This document shows positions 28,815-38,800 of a stretch of 64,000 nucleotides of DNA, one piece after another (position 1 is the first letter of the stretch; every line of letters starts with the position of its first letter). The notes below the pieces were generated by a model. That model did not search any database. It was not told the DNA's origin and saw only the letters and a program-made list of their open reading frames with translations. The DNA is from Azolla caroliniana. Taxonomy: Eukaryota; Plantae; Polypodiophyta. Both the position numbers and the translations under genes were made by a program. Location of the stretch: assembly GCA_043228905.1 (NCBI GenBank), contig JBHGNT010000090.1, positions 29,965 through 93,964 on the forward strand. The letters run 5' to 3'.

Positions 28815-31800
28815 TTATGGGTTCGAGTCTTGCCATATCATGACACTATCCCCCCCCTTAAGACGATGAGTGTCATGAGTCGGCGTTGATTGTGGATCGG
28901 GTTTGTCCTGATACTTTTGCTGGAAATCAGCAAGAAGATCCTGAGCATTGGCAACAAACTCGGCGGGTTGCCAAGTACGTTCGCTCGGACTATAGCCGAG
29001 CCAATCGACCAAATAATAAAGTTTGTTACGAACAAACTTGGAGTCGAGGACGACAACAACTTCATACTCCAGGCCGGTGTCCAACTCAAGCGGGGGCGAC
29101 GGTGGTGTAACATGATCGGGAATAATGTTGGCCTAATAAGGTTCGAGAAGAGAACTATGGAAGACCGGATGTATCTGAAGGTGCGGAGGAAGATCAAGGC
29201 GGAACGTGACATCATTAATTTTGCTGGTAATACAGAAAGGACCGAGTTGTCGATAATCCAATTTGTCGCACGGTCTAGTTGTCTTGATGTGACGACGTAA
29301 GAGCTATACTCGATCTCCGATGGCCTCTCTAGATGACCCTCAACACGAGGATTGGTAGGTAGCTCCGGAGTGTCGATCACAGACCAGTGAGGATGAGAAC
29401 CGGTATAAGCGTAAATGGTGAGACTCAAGTCGAGGAGTGAATAGCGTTGTTATACGCAAACTCTGCAAAGTGGAGAATATCAGCCCAATCATCCGGTTGA
29501 TAACTCAAAAAATACCAAAGATATTAATCCAACGTTTGATTCGTTCGTTCCGCTTGCCCATCGGTTTGGGGATGGTAGCTGGAGGAGAGGTTGCAAGAGA
29601 CCTTGAGCATCTTGAAGAGATGCTTCCAAAATTTGGAGACGAATTGAGGTCCTCGGTCACTGATGATACTATCTGGGAGGCCATGATGTCGAAATACCTC
29701 ACGCATGACCAGGGTTGCGGTTTCCTCACTAGTGATGGCCTTAGTACAAGGCACAGAATGTGCCATCTTAGTATATCGATCGACGATGGTTAAGATAGCA
29801 TCGAAACCTTTTGAGACTGGAAGCTCTATGATAAAATCAAGACAAATGGACTGCCACGGCTTATTTGGAATTGGTAAGGATTCCAACAAGCCATATGGAT
29901 GATGTCGCGGCATTTTTGCTCGGCAACAAGCATCAAAGGTTCGAACATAGTCGTCACAAAACGTCGCATATGGGGCCACCAAAAGGATCGTTGAATGAGA
30001 TCCGACGTCTTAGTACTACCGAAATGTCCAGTTGTATGGGTGTCGTGACAACTTTGGACGATTTGAAGGTGACAGGAGCAATCAGGAACATACACGAGCT
30101 TTTTAAAGAATAATAAACCATCATGATATTTGAATTGTCGGTAGTCCATACTTGGTTGTTGAGACTGGGAATAGGATGCCCTAGAGGCATCAATTTGCTC
30201 TAGAATGGCTTAATCAAAACTATCTATCTTCAAGTTGGCACATATGGCATCGATAATCCGGGAATCCAGTGAAGTGTGAAAACTCTGCGTTGTGTGCAAA
30301 CGTGTTGGTCCCAAGATTACCTGCTTTGATTATCAAATGTTGGATCACCCGGACGAGGTGCAAGATATGAATGTCGCGATAGTGCATCTGCTTTTCCTCG
30401 CCCGAAATGTGATTTTGAAGTCAAAACGCGTGAGGAATTGGGCCCACCGAGCTTGCCGTCGATTTAGTACACGAGCGTTCTGGAAGTAAGCAAGATTTTT
30501 GTGATCACTGAAGACAATGACCTGATGAGGAAAGCCCTCTAAGAAGTGCCGCCATTGCACAAACGAATCCACGATGGCTAATAACTCCTTGTCATGTATC
30601 TCGTAGTTAATTTCCGCGGCATCAAATTTGCATGAGTGGAAAGCCACATGATGTAACTTTGCTTTATCTCCTTGTTGTGAAAGGATGCTACCGAGGGCGA
30701 AATCCGATGCATCGGCCTCCATGATGAATGGTTTGTTTGTATCCACATGAGCTAGAATAAGAGCTGATGTAAAGGCTTTCTTAAGATGCATAAAAGCCAT
30801 GTCCGCTTCATTGGACCAAAGAAATGATTGTCCCTTCTTGGTAAGATGTGTGAGAGGTAAAATAATCTTTGAGTAATCTTGTATAAACTTGCGGTAGAAG
30901 TTAGCAAATCCTAGGGAACATTGCACATCTCGTAACGAACGTGGAGTTTGCCACTCTAGCACAGTTTGGACTTTAGCTGGATCTATGGAGATGCCTTTTG
31001 AGAAGATGACGTAGGCTAGAAATTCCACTTGCTTGTAGTCAAAGCTACATTTTTCTAGTTTGGCATAAAGACCATGCTCTCATAGTTGTTTTAGTACTAA
31101 TAGTACATGAGAATCATGCTCTTCCTGGGCCTTCAAATAAATCAATAGATCATCCAGGTAGATGATCAAACAGATATCCAAGAGATGTCTGAATATATCA
31201 TTTGCCATGTGTTGGAAGACTCGAAGTACCCATATCGGGTGCGAAAAGCGGTCTTCCATTCGTCTCCTAGTAGGATCCGCACGAGGTTATATGCTCCTCG
31301 TAAGTCGATTTTTGTAAAAAACTTGGCACCATTTACACGTTCTAATAGAGTTGATATAAGGGGAAGAAGTGCATACCTATTCTGAATGGTGACCTTATTC
31401 AAGCTGCGGTAATCAACGACGTGACGAAGGGATCCATCTTTCTTTTTGACAAAGGAAATGGGTGCACCGGCCGGAGATTTCGAATGAAGAATAAACCCAC
31501 TTGCCAAATTCTCTTCTATGTAGGCTCGAAGGACTTCCAACTCGGCTGGTGACAAGTTGTAAATCGGTCCCCATGATGGTTTTGTTCCTGGTTGTAAATC
31601 GATGGGACAATCATAGGGACGACGATGAGGAAGAGTACCAACTCTGACCTTGTCAAATACATCAGCATAAGGATGATATTTCGCAGGAAGTTGAACTAAG
31701 GATTCCTTTTTAATATGTTGGAAGGATGTACTGATATTACAAATAGAAACCTTGACTCCTTCAAACCAAGGTAAATTTATGGAGCGAAATGGTCGAAACT

Positions 31801-32243
31801 CGATGAATAGATTCTCGAGGTTGTCGATACTGGACTTCTCTTGTTCTCTAATCTATGTCTGGATTATGTACTTCAAACCAAGGTAATCCCAAGACAATGG
31901 GATGCTCTGGACTACTAATTATATTAAATGATACCACACAGACAAAGCTATCTAGGACAACCTGAATGGGTTCTAACTCTTCTACGATATTCCCAGAAGC
32001 AATGGGACGACCATCAATGACTACTACAGATGTGGGGCAAGGAAGTTTTCTTAAGGATATCTGAGAAGCTTGGGCAAAATTGCGATCCATGAAACAGGAA
32101 TTGGCTCCGGAATCTAAAAGTGCTAAGACATGTATTGGAGGGGTACTTTTAGTACTAATAATGACTTGGGCTAAGAACACATTGCTAACTTGCTTAGAGG
32201 GAATGGAACCACTAATGGGCTGCACAGATCTAGGGTTGTCCAA
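28815..32243 (-). pseudogene. Chromovirus C pol: protease, RT, RNase H, integrase, chromodomain
   Basis: ALLDSGA; KIDLRGAYNL and IIYLDDLLI; EADASDFALG and YEIHDKELLA; HDTHTTGH, DFI, SDRGPQF and HPQTDGQAER; chromodomain EYEVVVVLD...YYLVDWLGYSPSERTWQP (29084-28815). Frameshifted. Confidence 0.93.
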
Positions 32244-32361
32244 CCAAATGACTCCTATTTTGGTTGAACTTAGTGTTTAACTCTTCCTCTAATTGACTAA
32301 GGATTTCAAATTTGTTTGAGATACTTGGGCTATCAATATTATTAATACTATTAGACACTCC

Positions 32362-32954
32362 TGTTGGGAAACAAGTCCCTCCGGATGGGAAGGGAGAAGC
32401 ACAGTGCCTCGGCCGAAACCGGATGAGTAGCACCCAGCTACGGAGAGTCGGATGGTGCAGGCCCGGTATGAACCGGATGAGGAGTACCCGGCTACGGAGA
32501 GCCGGATGGTGCAGGCCCGGTATGAACCGGATGAGGAGCACCCGGCTTCGGAGAGCCGGATGGTGCAGGCCCGGTATGAACCGGATGAGGAGCACCCGAC
32601 TATGGAGAGCCGGATGGTGCAGGCCCGGTATGAACCGGATGAGGAGCACCTGGCTTCGGAGAGCCGGATGGTGCAGGCCCGGTATGAACCGGATGAGGAG
32701 TACCTGGCTACGGAGAGCCGGATGGTGCAGGCCCGGTGTGAACCGGATGAGGAGTACCCGGCTACGGAGAGCCGGATGGTGCAGAACCAGTGAGAACCGG
32801 AGGAAGAGACATATTCGTAAATATGTTTCTGAGAGCCCATCGAGGCTATATTTGTAAATAGCCGAAAAGTCATATTAGTATAAATATGACTTAGGGTAAA
32901 CTTTTAGTTGTTGTTGTCATTTTCTGTTTTGCACGAGATTAGTGTGCGTAACTG

Positions 32955-33003
<49 letters not shown>

Positions 33004-33273
33004 GTTGTTGCCTCTGTTGTAACCGCCGCCTGTGGCGAAGATTTGTGAGCACGAGGTCGGTGCCTCAGTGAACTCACTGTTGTATATTCCTACATAGTGA
33101 CAGTTTGTAGCCTGTGGGCTGCCGTGGTTTTTCCCCTAGTTTGGGGTTTTCCACGTAAACCTCCTGTGTATTCTCTCCTTCTTTGTGTCGCGTTTTATTT
33201 CCCGTTTTCTGTGTATCATTCTAAGCTCGGTTGTGGCCGAGCGTTGCGCATAAGGAACGTTGGGTTCCCGTCA
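32362..33273 (+). mobile_element. Copia solo LTR (family of element F) inserted between gag and protease of C
   Basis: TGTTGGGA...CCCGTCA, homologous to 50577-51303; TSD ACTCC/ACTGC (1 mismatch). Confidence 0.9.
32415..32790 (+). repeat. 54 bp tandem repeat x7 in U3 of the solo LTR
   Basis: GAACCGGATGAGGAGYACCCGGCTWCGGAGAGCCGGATGGTGCAGGCCCGGTRT at 54 bp spacing. Confidence 0.93.
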
Positions 33274-33329
33274 ACTGCTAGGGGAATTGACTCGGGTTTA
33301 GTATAGGCTACGATTTGATTTACCTATCT

Positions 33330-34244
33330 TCTTGGCCTATGGGGACAGTTGATGGTGATATGCCCTGGTCCACCGCAATAAAGACATAATCGATTTGCAT
33401 GTCGTCTTTGCTTTTCTTCTTCCGATAACGGGCCACGTCGACGCATGGTGTCAATCTCCATCGGTGTCGGAGTATTTGCCTGAGATACATCTCATGCAAC
33501 CGGTTTAGCTGCGATTGAGGCATAGGTGGGCTCTGGCCTAGTCCGTGGCATTTGAAATTGACGTTCTGAACGTCATTCGAAAAGGCGGTTGTCGCATTGG
33601 ACCTCTCAACTTATTGCCTTTGTAAGAGATTTTGGTTCTTCGAGAAAGGTTAAAAGTAAATCTTTGACGTCGTTTTGCAGGTCGTAGTGGAACTACTCCA
33701 TTAGTGCTTGATCATCCTAGGGGATATCTGAGGTGAGTAGACAGAAATCCGTCGCGTAGGCAGAGGCTAGACGATCGCCTTGACGCAATCGTCAGATTTT
33801 GTTGATCGTCGTCCTGATGTTGTCGGTATCTCCAAAGCAGGCTTTAAACTCGCTAATAAAGTCTTCAAAGTTATTAAGCAAGGGAGATTGTTTTTCCAAA
33901 AGCGGAGTGAACCATGTCAAGGCTAAGCCGCTGAGCAACGTGCCTATTAGGCCTACTCGGGATGCATTAGTGGGGTATCGGGAAGGATGCATTTGCATGA
34001 CTAAGCGTACCTGATTAAGGAATCCTCTGAATTGTGAGCGTGTTCCATCAAATTTCACAGGAAGACCAATCTTGGGCTCTTTATGAAGTTCTTGGGGACT
34101 TGATCCTTGTTGTTGTAACGCTACGATGGTTGCTTCGAGTTGTTGTACGCGTAACGCTAACTCCCCATGTTGTTGTTGTGTTTGTTGTTTTTCTAAAGCA
34201 ATTTGTTGAAGATCCCCTAACAATCGTTGGTTTTCTTGTTCCAA
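33330..34244 (-). pseudogene. Chromovirus C gag (retrotransposon gag domain plus CCHC knuckle)
   Basis: EPKIGLPVKFDGTRSQFRGFLNQV...LLSGLALTWF; RLCLYCGGPGHITINCP at about 33340-33392; internal stops and frameshifts. Confidence 0.88.
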
Positions 34245-34475
34245 TGCAACGAATTTTTCTTTTAGACAATGTAGCTTGGAAAAAACGGATTGATATTTCT
34301 AGGTGCTAACAGTAGCCATAGTATTGAAAAAAGGGGTAAGAGGATGAGGGAAACCGAAAAGAAAACCAGAGGGAAATTTTGGTTCAAACTTTCAGGAATA
34401 GTACTAAAATAGAGAGAGAATTAATACTAGAGAAGGGAAGTACTATTAGTACTAAGAGGACGGACTGCGTAAGAC

Positions 34476-34530
<55 letters not shown>

Positions 34531-34658
34531 GTGATAATAGATGATATATTATGTGAAGAGTACGTACAAAATAGCTATGAGGCTTAAGACTGGCGTTGAA
34601 CCAATTTGGTTCGAAATAATGCCATATGCCTCTTATATAGTGTCCTCAGTAATAGTCT

Positions 34659-34678
34659 TGAAGCTTCTAGAATGTTCC
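34659..34678. promoter_or_regulatory. Heat-shock element (4 alternating nGAAn units) in the 5' LTR of chromovirus C
   Basis: tGAAgcTTCtaGAAtgTTCc, about 20 bp upstream of the minus-strand TATATAA (34633-34639). Confidence 0.7.
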
Positions 34679-35453
34679 AGAGAAATCTGGAATATACAAT
34701 AATTTTCTATAGTAAAACTTAAATGAAAAATAGTAATATTCTACGTATTACAATAGATAATGTAATGGTCAAGAGCTTGACCCATATAACATAAGGTTAT
34801 GGGTTCGAGTCTTGCCATATCATGACAATCATCTGTGCTCCATCCTAGTCCGCCCTTGGTGTGTCCGTGATAGGTACTTTCCGCAACCAAGTTTCCCCTT
34901 GAAGATGCAATGCAGGCCATCTTGCTGTTGTGTACCCTACTGGACAACTGGGAGAATCTAGTGGTGACTCTTAGCACCTCGTGTCAAGAAGAAAACTTGT
35001 CTCTACAAGCCGTAAAGACAAGCACCTTGAACGAGGAGACCAAAAGGAAGGACAAGGGTGTCCTAGTCCAGTCGGAGACAAATTTGACTCAACACACCGA
35101 CAGAGGAAGAAATCGGCAAAGGAGCCCACAAAGAAGGGAGAAGTACCAAGTCCGGAGGCAAGCTAACATGTTTTTATTGTGGAAAACCTGAATACTTCCA
35201 AAAGGATTGCCGACACATGATAAAGGATAAAGGTGTCGGTAATGGCGTCGAACCCAAGAAGATTCCAGAAGAAAAGGGCACTTCGGCCATTGCTACGAGC
35301 AATGAAGAACTCTTGTTCATTTGTGAACAAGCAAGACTTGCAAACCTTGCAAGCAAAGAATGCACTTGGGTGATCGACTCTGGTGCATCTTTCCATATAA
35401 CTCCGTCGAGAGAGTACTTCTCGACTTACATAGTCGGGGATCATGGTTTTGTA

Positions 35454-35786
35454 AAGGTGGGTGACAATGGAGAGTGCAAGATAGCTGGAGTCGGAAGTCT
35501 CTGCTTTATGACATCGACAGGGTGTCGGCTGACTCTTAAGGATGTGCGGCACGTCCCCGATATCAAGGTGGGTGACAATGGAGAGTGCAAGATAGCTGGA
35601 GTCGGAAGTGTCTACTTGATGACATCGATAGGGTGTCGGCTGACTCTTAAGGATGTGCGGCACGTCCCCGATATCAAGGTGGGTGACAATGGAGAGTGCA
35701 AGATAGCTGGAGTCGGAAGTGTCTACTTGATGACATCGATAGGGTGTTGGCTGACTCTTAAGGATGTGTGGCACGTCCCCGATATC
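35454..35786 (+). repeat. In-frame 111 bp triplication in the protease region of element A
   Basis: The 37 aa unit KVGDNGECKIAGVGS...LKDVRHVPDI starts at 35454, 35565 and 35676. Confidence 0.93.
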
Positions 35787-35875
35787 AGACTGAATTTGAT
35801 ATCAACTAAAGATTAGATGACGAAGGCTACATTGGTAGTTTTCGAAACGACAAGTGGAAGTTCTTCCAAGGAAAC

Positions 35876-38800
35876 TGTCGAATACATGTGTATAATGGAC
35901 GTATTCACACTATCCCGTTTCGGCCATTTATGTAATTAGCATAAAGGGTAGTTGCCCTAAGTCGGTCACTATATATAGTGACCTTGTAACCTCTTTGTGA
36001 GGTTGGGTGTTGTATTATTTGCTTTATGGAATAAAGAGTCTTTTGTGTCTCTCTCTCTCTCTCACTCTCTCTGTGCAACGACCTACAAACTGTCATACGC
36101 AGGTATACAGAAAACAATCGAATGCTTCTTGATCTTCCGCACAGACGACTTTGTCTCCAACATCTGGTATCAGAGCAGAGGTTCGGCCGTCATCACCGCC
36201 TGCACAGCATTCGGTTCTTCACTTCATCACGGCCTGCACAGTATTCGCGTCATTCGAAGAAAGAGAGAAGAAGAACAAAAACGAGGTTTGCACCTCATCG
36301 CGTTAGATCCTCTTGCTTGGAGTAAGCCATCAGGTTGTACTCTGTTCCTTGTGATCGTAACCACTCGAGGTGAAATCCCCTTGTGCAACATCGACACGAT
36401 CGTGCTCCACTCGGTTAAACGGCATCCGAAGAGGTAATCAAACGCTGCTCGTTGTAACCACTCGGTGCAGATCGGTCTCAAGAAAACAACCCCAATTCGT
36501 GCTTCATCCGGCTGATCGACATTCGAGAGGATCAGTTGGATCTGTCTCTCTCGTCGCTGCAGCCACCCGAAGCAGAATCGGTCCAGATAATCGGTTTCAA
36601 TAATCGGTATTCGGCACATATATCCGAAGCGAACCGGGCTCACTCCGACTCGGCAACATTCGGGAAGACCAGTCGGTTCTGTCCCTCAAGTTACCGGAGT
36701 CAATTCGAGCAAGTTCCGAAGCCGAACCGACTCGGGTTCAAATCCGACTAGAGCGATATCGGGTGAGCCAACCGGCTGCACTCCAACAAGGTTCGTAGTC
36801 AACTCCGAACCGAGCTTCGTCAACCGAAACCGAATTTGATGGCATCAACATCCGGCTCGTCAGAAATGAGTCTACGAAAGTTCGATGGATCGAACTTCAA
36901 CTTCTGGAAGGAGCAAATGCAGGACTATCTCATAGTCAAGGGGCAAATCGATCCCATCGAAAATGAAGAACCTCCAGAAGGATACAAACCAATTGAGTGG
37001 CAGAAGCTGGACAGAATCGTCCGCGCCACGATTCGGATGCACCTATCGGAATCGGTATACTTTACGGTGCAATCGTGTACGACAGCATTCGAACTGTGGA
37101 AAACACTGTCGGACACTTACGAAAAGAAGGTCGCCGCAACAAAGATGTTTCTGATTCGGCGCCTCTACAACTTGCGGATGAAAGAATCCGATTCGGTTCA
37201 AGCACACCTCAATGAGTACGAAAGCATAAGCTCCCAAATCTCGTCACAGGGGACGGCAATCGAGGATGAACTCAGAGCAATGATACTCATGAGCAGCCTT
37301 CCCCCATCATGGGAAACTTTCGTCACAACTGTGTGCAACGCGTCAACCACGGCTGTTAAATACTCCGAAGTCACGAGCGCAATCCTGACCGAAGCAGCTC
37401 GGAGAAAGTCTTTCGCCAAAGACTCAACAGACGACGCTTATGTAGTGCAAGGTTCGACAGACCGATCGAACATACGAGGAAGAGACTCCTCACGGCCGCC
37501 GAACAATCAGCGAAGACGGAGCCAGTCACGGGATAACCGAATCTGCAACTATTGCAAGAAACCCGGACACATCAAAGCCGACTGCCGCGCACTCAAGAAC
37601 AAGAACAACAAGAAGAGTGGCCGGCATGAGGAGATCAATTACGTCAGCTTCTCAGCTGATGTACTACCGGACGACCCGAATATACTATCAATCGAAAATC
37701 CAGTCGGATCAGAAGTTCTGCTCACGACTGAAGAATCGAGCACATGGCTCTTGGATTCGGGCGCGTCATTTCACGTGACTCCTCATCGATCCCAATTTCG
37801 GCAATATACGATCCGTCACTCCGACTCAGTTCGAGTCGGTAACTCGCAACACTGTGACATCATCGGAATCGGCACAGTAGAGCTCAACCTTGCCGGTGGC
37901 TCTACACTTGTACTCCACAATGTCCGACATGTACCCGAGCTCTCAAGGCCATTGATCTCAGTCGGACAACTAGATGAAGACGGCATTCGTGCCGGTTTTT
38001 CTTCGGGAGGGTGGACACTCCACAGGGGGAACCTCCTGCTTGCTAGAGGACCCAAGATACACTCCCTGTATCCGTTACATGTTACGCTCCGAGAGGGTAA
38101 CCTGTTTTTGGTGGACATTCCTGTGTCATCACTATGGCACAGAAGATTAGGACACCTCAGCAAGGCCGGCATCACGCACCTATCTAGAGCCGGATACATC
38201 CCCAAACTCTCCTTCTCCGACCATCAATTCTGCGAGCATTGCCAGTATGGCAAACAAGCAGCCGCATCACACCCGACATCAGCCCCAAGAGAAACGAGAC
38301 CTCTCGATTTGGTCCACTCGGACGTCTGTGGCCCAATGCCGCATCAGTCTCTTGGCGGTGCCTCTTACTTCGTCACTTTTATTGACGATTCGACTCGAAA
38401 GGTGTGGGCGTATCCAATTCGCACGAAAGATCGTGTTTTCTCGATCTTCTCAGATTGGCTCGCTATGGTAGAAAATCAAACCGACCGAAAACTGAAATGC
38501 TTTCGGACAGACAATGGGGGAGAGTTCAAATCCGAAGAATTCGTCAAATTCTGCCGACAACGCGGCATCCGACGTGAATTTACGGCACCACACAGTCCGG
38601 AGCAAAACGGGATTGCCGAACGCATGAATCGGACAATCCAAGAACGGATAGTTTCCATGCTCCAACACTCCGGACTGTCGGATGGCTTCTGGGCAGAGGC
38701 TCTACTCACGGCAGTACACATAATCAATATGTCGCCAAGTAGACCTCTAGGACTTCAAATTCCTCAGGAACTATGGATCGGCAGTAAGCCGAATTACGAC

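Larger units (their letters stand above)
28406..34827 (-). mobile_element. Ty3/Gypsy chromovirus C (Tcn1-like), degenerate, inserted in the 3' LTR of B
   Basis: LTRs 28406-28845 and 34390-34827; TSD ATCAT; minus-strand PPT at 28846-28860; domain order gag-PR-RT-RH-INT-chromodomain. Confidence 0.95.
26464..34872 (+). mobile_element. Non-autonomous LTR element B (TRIM/LARD-like, chromovirus-type LTRs) inserted in gag of A
   Basis: LTR1 26464-26964; LTR2 27950-28405 plus 34833-34872 (split by element C); 4 bp TSD GGTA; PPT AAGAGGGGGGA before 27950; about 985 bp internal region with no recognisable gag or pol. Confidence 0.88.

Noticed and set aside
32230-32873. Long repetitive ORFs on both strands and a CRISPR-like look
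   Set aside because: By-product of a 54 bp tandem repeat inside an LTR; there are no unique spacers or cas genes, and the context is eukaryotic.
35997-36751. ORFs upstream of the gag-pol of D as an extra gene
   Set aside because: They begin in the LTR or leader with non-ATG starts and show no recognisable motif.
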